A stretch of DNA of 64,000 nucleotides, from contig CAVPLT010000007.1 in the NCBI GenBank assembly GCA_963706325.1, positions 96,001 through 160,000 on the forward strand, given 5' to 3'. Position numbers and translations under genes: made by a program. Positions 19,035 to 29,468 of this stretch are shown piece after piece. This stretch comes from an uncultured Nitrospiraceae bacterium. GTDB lineage: Bacteria; Nitrospirota; Nitrospiria; Nitrospirales; Nitrospiraceae. Each line of letters starts with the position of its first letter. The first letter of the stretch is position 1. Below the pieces are notes generated by a model. That model worked only from the letters and a program-made list of their open reading frames with translations, was not told where the DNA came from and ran no database searches.

Positions 19035-20660
19035 CTAGCTTCCTGCACGGTCCACTTCTTCACGCTGAACAAACTGTATGGACGGATTGGATTTGATGCA
19101 ATAGGCCAGGAGATGTTCGGTGTTGAAGAGCATCACGGACCGGCCTTGCTGATCGACGAGCCGCAGGGTATCCGAGGGCCAGTAGACGGCCGCAATCGTG
19201 GCGGGATCACCGACGATCCATCGGGCCAGGACATGGGGCAGGCGGTCGGCCGTGGTCTTGACCCCGTATTCATTTTCCAGACGAGACATGACCACATCGA
19301 ACTGCAGTTCGCCCACCGCAGCCAAGACCGGTTCCCGACGCACGTGATCGGGTGAATAAAAAATCTGCATGACCCCTTCCTCTTCCAGCTGCTTGAGTCC
19401 CTTCTGGAACTGCTTGTGCTTGGCAATGTCTTGCGTGTGTAGGCGCGCGAAACATTCCGGAGCGAAGTGCGGGATGGGATCGAAGGTCAGGGAAGGGTCT
19501 GAAGTCAGGGTATCGCCGATGGTGAAGAGGCCGGGGTTGACCAGTCCCACCACGTCGCCGGGGTAGGCTTCGTCGATCGTCTCGCGGTCGCGACCGAAGA
19601 GCCGGTGCGGACGGGTCATTCTGATCTTGCGTCCCAACCGGGCGTGATAGACCATCATGTCCTTCTCGAAGCGGCCTGAGCAGATGCGGAGAAAAGCCAT
19701 GCGGTCGCGATGTTGAGGGTCCATGTTCGCCTGGATTTTGAAGACAAAACCGGAGAAGGTCTCATCCGTCGGCTGAACCAATCCCTGAGCGGTCTGGCGT
19801 GGACCGGGCGGAGGGGCCAGTTTGGTGAAGGCATCCAGAAACGGGCCGACTCCGAAGTTGGTCAATGCGCTGCCGAAGAACACCGGGGTCAGTTCCCCTG
19901 CGAGAAATCGGGCCCGATCGAATGACGTGCCCGCGCCGGTCAACAGTCCGATCTCTTCCTGCAGCGGACCATAGGTGTCGCCCAGCGTCTCCGCGAGTTT
20001 CGGATCGGGAAAGGCTCCTACCGTCATCGGAGCGCGGCGTTGGTTGTGCGCCGTTCGCTGGAAGAACAGCACCTGCCGGTTCTGAAAATCGTAGACGCCT
20101 TGAAAACCGGATCCCTCACCGATCGGCCAATTGAAGGGCACCGCCGTCATGCCCAACGTGCGCTCGATTTCATCAAGCAGGTCGAATGGGTGACGTCCGG
20201 GCTGGTCCATCTTGTTGATGAAGGTCAGGATGGGGATTCCGCGCTTACGGCAGACGGCAAAGAGTTTTTTCGTTTGCGGCTCGATGCCCTTGGCGCCGTC
20301 CAGCACCATGACGGCACTATCCACGGCCATGAGGGTGCGGTAGGTGTCTTCGCTGAAATCCTGGTGTCCCGGCGTGTCGAGGAGATTGACGCGCGCGCCT
20401 TGATAGTCGAACTGGAGCATGGTGGAGGTGATGGAAATCCCACGTGCCTGCTCGAGCTCCATCCAGTCGGACTTGGCTTGGCGTTGACTGGACCGGGCCT
20501 GGACGGCTCCCGCCAGGTGCACGGCTCCCGCATAAAGCAACAGCTTTTCAGTCAGTGTGGTCTTCCCGGCGTCCGGGTGTGAAATGATGGCAAAGGTGCG
20601 CCGCCGCAGCACCTCTCGCCTCAGCTCGTCGGACGCAGATTTCTCAGCCGGCAAGGACAT
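19035..20660 (-). CDS. prfC: Peptide chain release factor 3
   Basis: RRTFAIISHPDAGKTTLTEK, DTPGHQDFSEDTYR, FKIQANMDP.HRDR. Confidence 0.97.
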   Translation of the reverse strand: MSLPAEKSASDELRREVLRRRTFAIISHPDAGKTTLTEKLLLYAGAVHLAGAVQARSSQRQAKSDWMELEQARGISITSTMLQFDYQGARVNLLDTPGHQDFSEDTYRTLMAVDSAVMVLDGAKGIEPQTKKLFAVCRKRGIPILTFINKMDQPGRHPFDLLDEIERTLGMTAVPFNWPIGEGSGFQGVYDFQNRQVLFFQRTAHNQRRAPMTVGAFPDPKLAETLGDTYGPLQEEIGLLTGAGTSFDRARFLAGELTPVFFGSALTNFGVGPFLDAFTKLAPPPGPRQTAQGLVQPTDETFSGFVFKIQANMDPQHRDRMAFLRICSGRFEKDMMVYHARLGRKIRMTRPHRLFGRDRETIDEAYPGDVVGLVNPGLFTIGDTLTSDPSLTFDPIPHFAPECFARLHTQDIAKHKQFQKGLKQLEEEGVMQIFYSPDHVRREPVLAAVGELQFDVVMSRLENEYGVKTTADRLPHVLARWIVGDPATIAAVYWPSDTLRLVDQQGRSVMLFNTEHLLAYCIKSNPSIQFVQREEVDRAGS

Positions 20661-20790
20661 AGCATCTCTCTTGGTTGTTTGCTGCTAACGAAACCGGGGA
20701 CTAGGATGTCGCCAGGGGTCGCTGCAGGGGAACTCATTCTTTTATCAGTCAAAGTGGGGTCGCGGCAAGAAGGATGGGCGGGAGGAGGGA

Positions 20791-20897
20791 GCCTTTCCAA
20801 GACCCGGCCGGCTCACCGTCTCGCCGGCGTGCGCAGACGTGACGCTCGTTACTCCTCGCGTCGCGCACCTCGCGCCACGCGCGGCTTAGGAAAGCCG
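20791..20897 (-). repeat. Palindromic repeat carrying the MITE internal module inside different outer inverted repeats
   Basis: 20808-20873 is the reverse complement of the GCGAGGT...GGTGAGCCGG module at about 40901-40965; flanked by GCCTTTCCAAG / CTTAGGAAAGCC. Confidence 0.65.
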
Positions 20898-21147
20898 TCG
20901 TTGGAGGCGCGCAGTGTGGGGACCACCGATTGTTGTGGCTCCGTGCACATCCATTGAGCCAAGGGTTCTCACCAGTTAAGGACGAGGTGGCGCCGCGCTA
21001 TGGTGATTGAATATAAGGCGAAGTCACAGTGTCGGTACTATCCGCCAGCTCAAAGGCCGAGAAAGGAGCGGTTTTTTACCGTAATCTCCCAGAAGCACGG
21101 CAGGATATTAGTCACAATATTGAACAACTGAATGAAGGAAAAAAATC

Positions 21148-21939
21148 ATGGCTCACAATGTTCTCTGGAGGTTGGCTGCTTTCACCCTGTGGGTCGCCTC
21201 AATGGCGGCAGGCGCTGAAGTTCTGGCTGAAACCGCAGGAACTGATCCACAACATTTTCCGGGTAACCGAGTACTGTTGGGCACGGTACAAGAGATCCGA
21301 AGCGACCAGGCGCAGATCGATATCGGTGAGGGCCAGCCTCGCTTCGTTCCTATGAAAGTACGAAAAGATAAGGGATTACCGGATCTCAAAAAAGGAGATC
21401 TCGTCGAGATCACAGTGAATGATCAAAATCTATTGGTTGATGTACACATAGCCGGCGAGTCCAGCGATCACCATGTCGTCAAGGGGCAGCTCGCCGGGCC
21501 CCTGGAGACAGGGCACGACAAGGCCGTGATTCGCACGTCGGACGGCAAAGAGCAATCTCACTTTGTGCGGCCGGTAGCGAGGAGCAAAGTGGCCTCCGTG
21601 CCTGTGGGCGCGGAAGTCCTCTTCCTTATCGACGAGTTGGACAAGATTGTGGACGTGACCTTCGGCAGCAAGGAAGCGGCGGCTCGTTCCTCGGAACAAT
21701 CGCTTAAGATGAGTCCCCTTAAGGGCAATCTCGCCCAGGTTCGAGGGAAGATTGTAAAGCCTTTGCATGACAATACGATCGTGATTCAAACGCAAGACGG
21801 TAAGGAGCGATCCTACGAGGTGCGTCCGCTCATTCAGCCAAGGTTGAGCGAGTTGTCTAAAGGCGATGCAGCGGTGCTCCTGGTGGATAACGAACAGAAG
21901 GTGACGGACGTCGCATTCGAGCCGCCCTCAAATAAATAA
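21148..21939 (+). CDS. Exported protein with three OB-fold-like repeats
   Basis: Signal peptide; three ~60-aa units ending G...V...VDV/TDV. Confidence 0.8.
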   Translation: MAHNVLWRLAAFTLWVASMAAGAEVLAETAGTDPQHFPGNRVLLGTVQEIRSDQAQIDIGEGQPRFVPMKVRKDKGLPDLKKGDLVEITVNDQNLLVDVHIAGESSDHHVVKGQLAGPLETGHDKAVIRTSDGKEQSHFVRPVARSKVASVPVGAEVLFLIDELDKIVDVTFGSKEAAARSSEQSLKMSPLKGNLAQVRGKIVKPLHDNTIVIQTQDGKERSYEVRPLIQPRLSELSKGDAAVLLVDNEQKVTDVAFEPPSNK

Positions 21940-22138
21940 CACGGCCAAGCCGAGCGAAACATAACCGTCTCGCCTGGTCAGTCGGTGATGCTTCCGCGTT
22001 CACGGGTTCGTTGTTATTGTTCAACGTCCCGCGAGCGCGGCGGCATGCATGTCTCACTGGCCAGGTCTCCGGCATTCAACAGCACCCTGTTGTCGGCTGC
22101 CTCTCCTTGCTTAGTAAAGATCCTGAGACAAACCCGCT

Positions 22139-23473
22139 TCACGCTGTACGAGATGCGTGTTCATCGATGAGCGCCTGCAATGTGATCCCCGTGAGCGCCG
22201 TGGCCACCGCATCGTCGCGGCGGCGAAGCACCTCACGGACGGAATCGTCGCCGTCTGCCAAGTCTGTCGCGTCAGCGACACGCCCTTTGTGCACGGCATT
22301 GAGCACCTCCATCACGGAGATGAGTTCGATTGGCTTGGTGAGGCTGATGCCCTCCGGTTTGGCCATGAGGCCAAGCAGTCCGGCTTCGACCAGGTGCTGC
22401 GCCTGTTCCTCTACCAGCGATACGGGCAAGTGAAGATGGATGGCAAGTTCGTCGATGCCCAACGGGCCGTCCCCCTTCAAATACCGCCGCGCCAGAACCA
22501 GCAGCAGGCTCAAGGCCAGTCGTTCCCGAAACGCATGCGTTCCCTGTTGCCAAAGGAGGCGTGACAGGTAGGCGGTGGGATGTTGATAAAAGAACGAGAG
22601 CTGCGCTCCGATGAGCACAATCAGCCAACCGGCATAGAGCCACAAAAGAAACAAGATCAGGACGGCAAAGCCGGAATAAATTGCGCTGTAGTTGGCAGAC
22701 TCGGCCACAAATCTGGCAAACGCCTCTCCCGCGATGCCCCACAAAACGGCCGCGGTGACCCCGCCGACCAGGGCAGAATCGAATCGGACGTGCGTGTGAG
22801 GAATGAATTTGAAGAGAAACGTGAAGAGCGCGCTGAGGATGACGAACGGGAGCAATTGGCCGGCCCACAGCATCAGGAAGCCGAACGGTTGAATCTCCAG
22901 CACACGCTGTACCAGGGCGTTGCTATGCACTGAGGCCAGCAAGCCGAATGCCGTCACGACGAGTAATGGACCAACCAACACGGCGCTCAAATAGTCCGCG
23001 AACTTCCGCCCCCACGTGCGCCCTTCCCGCACCAGCCAAATCGCATTCAACGCCTGTTCGATTTTATCGATCAAGGAATAGGTGGTGTAGAAAAGCCCCG
23101 CGACGCCGACGACTCCCAGCACTCCGATTTTGAGATTGTCCACAAAGCCGATGATCGTGGCCGTGATTTCCTGCCCCTTCGAACCCAGAGGTTCGAGCGC
23201 CTGGGCCAAGACCGGTTCGATCTGCTGGTGCACACCGAACGCCTTCAGCACCGAAAACATCACGGCGAGAAAGGGGACGAGTGAGAGGAGCGTGGTATAG
23301 ACGAGACCGGCGGCCCGGGCATCGAGGAGACGGTGACGAAACTCCATTGCGACTGCAATGGCCAGCCGTAGCGCCTGGATGCCGAATCGGCCGGGGACGG
23401 AGAGCGAAGTCAGGTCGATGGTCCAGATGTCCTGCGTGAGAAACTGAGGAACGTGCGCCAGTCTATTCATCAT
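22139..23473 (-). CDS. YihY/BrkB family membrane protein with C-terminal Rrf2-like winged helix
   Basis: AAGLVYTTLLSLVP, IEQALNAIW, YSAIYSGFA..LLWLY; C-terminal HTH. Confidence 0.9.
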   Translation of the reverse strand: MMNRLAHVPQFLTQDIWTIDLTSLSVPGRFGIQALRLAIAVAMEFRHRLLDARAAGLVYTTLLSLVPFLAVMFSVLKAFGVHQQIEPVLAQALEPLGSKGQEITATIIGFVDNLKIGVLGVVGVAGLFYTTYSLIDKIEQALNAIWLVREGRTWGRKFADYLSAVLVGPLLVVTAFGLLASVHSNALVQRVLEIQPFGFLMLWAGQLLPFVILSALFTFLFKFIPHTHVRFDSALVGGVTAAVLWGIAGEAFARFVAESANYSAIYSGFAVLILFLLWLYAGWLIVLIGAQLSFFYQHPTAYLSRLLWQQGTHAFRERLALSLLLVLARRYLKGDGPLGIDELAIHLHLPVSLVEEQAQHLVEAGLLGLMAKPEGISLTKPIELISVMEVLNAVHKGRVADATDLADGDDSVREVLRRRDDAVATALTGITLQALIDEHASRTA

Positions 23474-23702
23474 CGATCATACACCTGGGCCTGTTATTCG
23501 ATGCAGTAAGCGCCACTATAACAGTCCTGCGGCGCCAATGTTGCCCTTCGACATCACGATCCGGAGCAGAGGCCGTTTTCATCCATGTAACTGTCCAGGC
23601 TTACGACGTGTTTCGACGCGTGGAGTGGCACGTTCCCACTCACCGGCAGCGCTCGCTGGGCCTGCTATACTTTTGGTTGCCGACGAATCCACAGGAGCTT
23701 CC

Positions 23703-24248
23703 TTGCATATCCCCACTCATTTGATGCTGTCATGGGTAGTCGGCCACCGATTGAAAGCCAGGTCGGATCGGCGAGCGGTCGCATGGGCAGGGGTCGCGGC
23801 GGATCTGGATGGTTTGTCGATTCTCGCGGGCGTTGACGCCTATGGCCGGTGGCACCATGTGCTGACCCACGGCTTAATGGCCGGCCTATTGATCGCCCTT
23901 GTGGCTGCTTCTTGCGCCAGGAATCGCCTCCAGGTATGGTGGCTCAGCTTGGGTGCATTTCACCTGCATCTCCTCTGCGATTTTCTTGGCAGCGGACTCG
24001 ATTGGCCGATCCAATATTTCTGGCCATTCAGCGACACGTTCTATCACACGCCCTATGGCTGGGAATTGGACGCCTGGCAGAATTGGGCCGCCGCCATCCC
24101 GTTGCTGCTTGTCTGCGGACGTATCGCGATTCGCTCCGGCCATTCCTTTGCCGAAACCGTCCTTCCCGCAGCCGCTGATCAAGCGGTGGTGGCGACGCTC
24201 CGAGCGCGGTTTGCCTCAGCTGCGTTTTCCTCCGTCGTTCGGCCATGA
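23703..24248 (+). CDS. Membrane-bound metal-dependent hydrolase (YdjM-like)
   Basis: PTH, ADLDG, HHVLTHG, HLHLLCD; TTG start after AGGAG. Confidence 0.85.
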   Translation: MHIPTHLMLSWVVGHRLKARSDRRAVAWAGVAADLDGLSILAGVDAYGRWHHVLTHGLMAGLLIALVAASCARNRLQVWWLSLGAFHLHLLCDFLGSGLDWPIQYFWPFSDTFYHTPYGWELDAWQNWAAAIPLLLVCGRIAIRSGHSFAETVLPAAADQAVVATLRARFASAAFSSVVRP

Positions 24249-24456
24249 TTCGGAAACGGATGAGCCATCAGCTTTCAGGTAATAGGCGGCCTGCAGGTCC
24301 GGAGGCTCACAGCAAGAAGTCACCTCGCTTGTCTCGTTCGTTGCAGTAACTTTCGGTCACTACTGCGAACACCGATATGCCTCGTTAAGTGTGTACATCA
24401 AATAGGGACATGGCTATTATTTCGCTTTGTACCGGCCTTCTCCACAAAGTCAGCGC

Positions 24457-25257
24457 ATGAATGAACCCTGGACCCGCGATCAACTCCTTGTTGCTTTTAA
24501 TCTGTATCGTAGAATTCCTTTCTCAAAAACCAAGTCCAGCAACCCGTTGGTAGCTGAGGTTGCTCAGCGGATAGGACGATCCTCAGCATCTGTGGCGATG
24601 AAACTAGGCAACTTCGGCTCTTTTGATACGGCATTACATTCTAAAGGGATTAAAGGGCTTTCGGGAACAAGTAAAGCAGACCGTGGAATTTGGGACGAAT
24701 TCAATCAGGACTGGGCGAAACTTTCGCTTGAGAGCGAACTAGCTACAGAACGGCTTCAAGTCAGTTCGTCAACAATGCCTCTGGAGCGAGAGGAATCCAC
24801 ACCGCGCATCGACTCTTATTCTTGGAGGCTCCAAGAGGCCCTGAGCGGACCAAGCGAAAAAATCGGCGAGGTTAAAGTTAGACTGCACCAGAAATTTTTC
24901 AGAGCGGCTGTCCTTGCCTCGTATGGAAGCGCTTGCTGCGTTTGTTCCAATCCCATTCCTCAGCTGCTCACGGCCGGACATATCATTCCTTGGTCGAATA
25001 GAGAGGATCTTCGTGCTAATCCCAGGAATGGCCTGTGTCTGTGTTCACTTCATCATGCCGCGTTTGATTGTGGACTGTGGACCATCGAAGATTCCTACGA
25101 GATTAGATTGTCCCCTGAGCTAATGGCGTACCTTCCTAACAAGACCGTCGAATCAGGTTTCATCAATTATTCGAAAGCCCAGATCCGCATGCCTGATAAA
25201 TTTTGGCCTGACAAAACATATCTCGCTTTTCACCGCTCAAATCTATTTCGAGAGTAA
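24457..25257 (+). CDS. HNH endonuclease (putative restriction endonuclease)
   Basis: FRAAVL..Y...CCVC, AGHIIPWS, NGLCLCSLHHAAFD; visibly more AT-rich than its flanks. Confidence 0.9.
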   Translation: MNEPWTRDQLLVAFNLYRRIPFSKTKSSNPLVAEVAQRIGRSSASVAMKLGNFGSFDTALHSKGIKGLSGTSKADRGIWDEFNQDWAKLSLESELATERLQVSSSTMPLEREESTPRIDSYSWRLQEALSGPSEKIGEVKVRLHQKFFRAAVLASYGSACCVCSNPIPQLLTAGHIIPWSNREDLRANPRNGLCLCSLHHAAFDCGLWTIEDSYEIRLSPELMAYLPNKTVESGFINYSKAQIRMPDKFWPDKTYLAFHRSNLFRE

Positions 25258-25294
25258 TTGTAAAATTATGTATATGAATAAAACGGAGGAATTC

Positions 25295-25519
25295 ATGCCA
25301 ACTAACGACGAAAGGGCAGAACGTGCCAGGGAAGTTCTCGAAATGTATGCTGTGCAATTTGGTGACCGTTATGATCCACGCGGTACCTTGATCGATGTGT
25401 TGACGGATCTTATGCATCTGGCAGCCAGAGCGCCTGAATTAGGCCTGGAATTTGACAGCAGCTTAAAAATGGCCCAATTTCATTTTGAGGCTGAGGCCGA
25501 GGAATGCCTGGATAGTTGA
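25295..25519 (+). CDS. Small acidic hypothetical protein, phage/MGE-type
   Basis: GGAGG RBS; RAERA...DVLTDLMH...A..HFEAE. Confidence 0.75.
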   Translation: MPTNDERAERAREVLEMYAVQFGDRYDPRGTLIDVLTDLMHLAARAPELGLEFDSSLKMAQFHFEAEAEECLDS

Positions 25520-25601
25520 CGAGCTGAAAGCAGAGGAGGAAATCCTATCCACACAGAAATGCTATCGACCCTCATCTTCTAAGGTTGTCAATCATACGCT
25601 C

Positions 25602-25820
25602 ATGACTATCCCCCATCCCCGCGATCCATTACACGGTGTCACGCTGGAGACCATTGTCACGGAATTAGTCGAACGGCATGGCTGGACTGAACTGGGCCGT
25701 CGCCTGCCGGTGCGCTGCTTCCTCAACAATCCGAGCGTCAAATCCAGCCTTACCTTCCTCCGCAAAACGCCTTGGGCGCGCGAACGGGTGAAGGGAATGT
25801 ATATCGCGGAGCTTGAGTAA
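25602..25820 (+). CDS. VF530/DUF2132 family DNA-binding protein
   Basis: DPLHGVTLE..V..L...GW..L...CF..NPSVKSSL.FLRKTPWAR. Confidence 0.92.
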   Translation: MTIPHPRDPLHGVTLETIVTELVERHGWTELGRRLPVRCFLNNPSVKSSLTFLRKTPWARERVKGMYIAELE

Positions 25821-26053
25821 TGGGTTCATCGGATGTATCGATATAGGCGCATCAAGCGACGTTCGCTCTGACTGCAAGCCAGATTGCTCCGTCTGAATCC
25901 TTCTTCAGCGCGGGACATGTGTTCCCGTCCAGGTCCTGCCGATTAGGGTGATCTGCTCTTGGTTCAGCTCTGCCCGGCTTGTACAATCACCAGCAGCTCT
26001 GTAGATATAAAGCCAGGATGTTCCACTTGACCGAGAGGTGTACGCTTGTGCGC

Positions 26054-28357
26054 ATGAAGCTTGTTCTCATCGTTGCGCTCTTCCTGATCGGACTATCCCA
26101 GCCTCCAGCTCTCCTCATGGAGGTTTCGGCTGCCTCCCCCGAGAAGGAGACGCAATCCAACTCCAATGGTCCCTCACCCAAGGGCTCCGCCGATGAATCG
26201 GAACCTTCCTCCCTGGTGAGCGATTTGCAAAGCAAACGGACGGCTGCCGAAAAGGAGCTAAGCGAGATCAGTTCGCCGCAGACCTTGCGGAAAGGGGCAC
26301 CTCCCGGCACGACGGATGCTCGGTTGATGGAGCGGAGGTCTTTGTTGCAACAGTTGGTGCAGATCTATGAGCAACATCTCGATGCCCTGAGGAAGCTCGA
26401 CCTATTGCGCCTGCGTGTGCGAGAGATCGAACGCCAGAATAAAGTGTGGGACGGATTCCCCACTTCTCCGCCCTATTCGGTGCTGATGATCGACGAATTG
26501 CGTGATGCGGCGCGGTCGATGGCCCTCACGGAGCAAGGGATTCAAACCAGACTGACCATGACGGAGAGTCTCGCGGACAGTACGCGGCGCAATTTGAAAG
26601 CCGCGCAAGAACAGGCTCGTCAAGTGTCTGAGAAACTTGAAGGCGTCGAGGATCCGGTGAAGCGAGAGGTCCTGATCTGGGAGCGTGACATGGCTCAGCT
26701 GCGTGAGCGAGTGGAGTCGGCTCGCACGGGGATGTTGAATGCCGATAAAACGCAGGTTCAGGAAGAGCTGACTGAAGCGCAGCAACGCATCGCGCTCCTG
26801 ACTCGTCAACGCACGGTGGCGGCTGAGCAGGCTGTCTTCACCAAGGAGGATTACGACAAAATAAAAAAGCGGTTGGACGCGGATCATCAGTCGATGATGT
26901 CGGAGCTGGATCGAGCCGTGCTGGAGCAAGCCGCGCAACGGCAGACTGTGGCGGCGAGCGAGGCAAAGTTGGCGGCGGCCGATGGCGCGCTTTCCCCCAA
27001 GACCTCTTCTCGCCGTCTGAAGGGGGAGAGGAGCACGCACCTGACCGAGGCGGTCGAACTGGCGCGCCTACAATTCGACAATGATAGCTTACACGTGGAT
27101 CTCCTTCGCCAGATGGTGAGTGGATTGGAGCATGAACGGAAGATCTGGGACATTCGGTTCGCCACAGCGCAGGGCACTCTCTCAGTTGTCGAAGAGCGGG
27201 ACGCCTCAAAGAAGCTGGTTGCTGCCGCCAAACAGATTCAGAGTTGGAAGGAATATGGATTGCAGCAGCTCGGCATGGTGGGCAGCCAGATCAGCGACGT
27301 GGAAAATCGGCTCGAAGAAAATTCCTCCTCGGCCACCGCTCGATATCTGAATGATATGCTTCGAGGGTATCGCCACCGTGAAGATTTGTACCGTCGCCTG
27401 CTTCAGCGTACGGATTCCTTGTTGGGATTGATAGAACACCGGCAAACCGAGTTCGCGCAGCGGGAGCAGGCGCGCTCGCTCGTCACCCGCTTGGAGGACT
27501 GGGGTACTTCGTCTGCGGCGGTGTTCGGGAACATCTGGAATGTCGAGTTGTTCACCGCCGAGGATACGATCGAAGTGGATGGGAAGAGCGTGACGGGCCG
27601 CCGCAGTGTCACGGTTGGAAAAGTTCTGACCGCGTTGGCCATCCTGATTGTCGGTTATTGGTGTGCGGTCGTCTTGGCACGTTTCGCCGAAAAACAAGCC
27701 ATCACGCGGCTGCAAGTCGATCCCAATGTCGCCAACATCATCCGCCAATGGGCCTTGGCCTTTCTCTTTCTGGTACTCGTGAGCATTACGCTGACATACG
27801 TCAAGATTCCGATCACCGCCTTTGCCTTTCTCGGCGGGGCGCTGGCGATCGGCGTCGGGTTCGGCACTCAAAATCTCTTGAAGAACGTCATCAGCGGGTT
27901 GTTGCTGCTGATGGAGCGGCCGTTGCGCGTCGGCGACGTCATTGAAGTCGATGCGATCAGGGGTATGGTCACCACCATCGGGCTGCGTTCGTCGACCATT
28001 CGGGACAGCAATGGTGTGGAAACGCTCATTCCCAACAGTAATTTGCTCGAGCGAAATCTGACCAATTGGACGTACTCAAGCTTTCGAAAGCGATACTCGC
28101 TGCGGATTGCCGTGGCGACCGGCTCGGATGCGCGACGCGTAAAGGAGAAGCTCTGTGACCTGGCCGGTCAGCACGGGCAAATTCTCAAGGAGCCCGAGCC
28201 ATACGTCCTCTTTGAAGACTTCAGCGAACATGCGTTGGTGTTCGTCCTTCATTTCTGGATCGAGATCGGCCCAGGTATCGATCCGGCTCATGTCGCTAGC
28301 GATTTACGCTTTATGATCGAAAATACTTTTGCCGAAGAGAAGATTGTCAGGAAATGA
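26054..28357 (+). CDS. Large MscS-family mechanosensitive channel (MscK-like) with periplasmic coiled coil
   Basis: Signal peptide, long helical region, GALAIGVGFGTQNLLKNVISG, ERPLRVGD, LIPNS. Confidence 0.92.
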   Translation: MKLVLIVALFLIGLSQPPALLMEVSAASPEKETQSNSNGPSPKGSADESEPSSLVSDLQSKRTAAEKELSEISSPQTLRKGAPPGTTDARLMERRSLLQQLVQIYEQHLDALRKLDLLRLRVREIERQNKVWDGFPTSPPYSVLMIDELRDAARSMALTEQGIQTRLTMTESLADSTRRNLKAAQEQARQVSEKLEGVEDPVKREVLIWERDMAQLRERVESARTGMLNADKTQVQEELTEAQQRIALLTRQRTVAAEQAVFTKEDYDKIKKRLDADHQSMMSELDRAVLEQAAQRQTVAASEAKLAAADGALSPKTSSRRLKGERSTHLTEAVELARLQFDNDSLHVDLLRQMVSGLEHERKIWDIRFATAQGTLSVVEERDASKKLVAAAKQIQSWKEYGLQQLGMVGSQISDVENRLEENSSSATARYLNDMLRGYRHREDLYRRLLQRTDSLLGLIEHRQTEFAQREQARSLVTRLEDWGTSSAAVFGNIWNVELFTAEDTIEVDGKSVTGRRSVTVGKVLTALAILIVGYWCAVVLARFAEKQAITRLQVDPNVANIIRQWALAFLFLVLVSITLTYVKIPITAFAFLGGALAIGVGFGTQNLLKNVISGLLLLMERPLRVGDVIEVDAIRGMVTTIGLRSSTIRDSNGVETLIPNSNLLERNLTNWTYSSFRKRYSLRIAVATGSDARRVKEKLCDLAGQHGQILKEPEPYVLFEDFSEHALVFVLHFWIEIGPGIDPAHVASDLRFMIENTFAEEKIVRK

Positions 28358-28410
28358 CATGAAACGGCGATCTGGCTGTTTGAAGATTCACCATCAGGAA
28401 TTCTGAAGCA

Positions 28411-28980
28411 ATGGCGCCGAATGCCACAATCTTCAAAGCGCTCCTCCACATCGCCGACGTGGATCGCCAGTACTATCAGGACCATGCCGTCACCCTGGCG
28501 CGTCACCCGTCCGAAACCGATGAACGCATGATGGTGCGGCTGCTGGCCTTTGTGCGACATGCGGACGAGGCCTTGGCGTTCGGCCGGGGCTTGAGTACCG
28601 ACGATGAGCCGGCGCTGTGGCGCAAGGATCTGACGGGCGTGATCGAGTACTGGATCGAAGTCGGCCTTCCGGACGAAAAGGCCATTCGACAGGCTTGCGG
28701 CCGCGCCGGTCAGGTCTGCATCTATACCTACGGAGGTCGCGCGGCAGACGAATGGTGGAAACTGAGTGACTCCGCGCTTGGGCGATACCATAACTTGACG
28801 GTCCTGAATCTGCCGCTGGAACAGGGCCGTGGTTTGACGCAGCTCGCGCAACGCCAGATGGAGTTGCACTGCACCATGCAAGAGGGGCAGGTCTTGATCG
28901 GCGATGGCACGACTGCCTTGCACATTGAATTGACGACGTTGAAGGAGCCTTCAACGGTCAAGCGTGGGCGTGGCTCCTGA
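28411..28980 (+). CDS. yaeQ: YaeQ family protein
   Basis: ARHPSETDERMMVRLLAF, GLSTDDEPALW. Confidence 0.93.
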   Translation: MAPNATIFKALLHIADVDRQYYQDHAVTLARHPSETDERMMVRLLAFVRHADEALAFGRGLSTDDEPALWRKDLTGVIEYWIEVGLPDEKAIRQACGRAGQVCIYTYGGRAADEWWKLSDSALGRYHNLTVLNLPLEQGRGLTQLAQRQMELHCTMQEGQVLIGDGTTALHIELTTLKEPSTVKRGRGS

Positions 28981-29010
28981 TTTGTCTAAGCGTAGGCCGA
29001 GCGTGACGAT

Positions 29011-29418
29011 ATGAAGGAGCGTAAACGCATTCCCACGGAAGGTGAACCGGCGGCTTGGAAGAGTCCGTTTGCCGCGCTCCAGCAGGTGGAGCTGCCGCCT
29101 GCCGTTCAATCAAACCTGGCAGCATCTGACAAGCCGCCTGCGTCGGCTGCGAGTGCCGTACGAAAGCCGTCGCAGCGGGGGCGGGTAGACATTCTCCGGC
29201 AGACGGCGCATCGGGGCGGCAAAACGGTGACCGTGGTCACGGGATTTGTGGGCATCAGTCAGGCGGAGAAAGAACAGTTGGCCAAGGCCATGCAGAAAGC
29301 CTGCGGCACCGGCGGCACGGTGAAAGAGGGACGGATCGAAATTCAGGGCGACAGGCGCGCGGACGTCGCCCGCATCCTGACGGAGGCGGGGTACCGACCG
29401 GTGTTTGCCGGTGGGTAA
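29011..29418 (+). CDS. yciH: Translation initiation factor SUI1/YciH
   Basis: RGGKTVTVV, CGTGGTVKEGRIEIQGD. Confidence 0.9.
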   Translation: MKERKRIPTEGEPAAWKSPFAALQQVELPPAVQSNLAASDKPPASAASAVRKPSQRGRVDILRQTAHRGGKTVTVVTGFVGISQAEKEQLAKAMQKACGTGGTVKEGRIEIQGDRRADVARILTEAGYRPVFAGG

Positions 29419-29468
29419 TGGCCGACGGATGGCTGGCGCTGCTGGCACCACTTGGCTGGTGACCGGAC

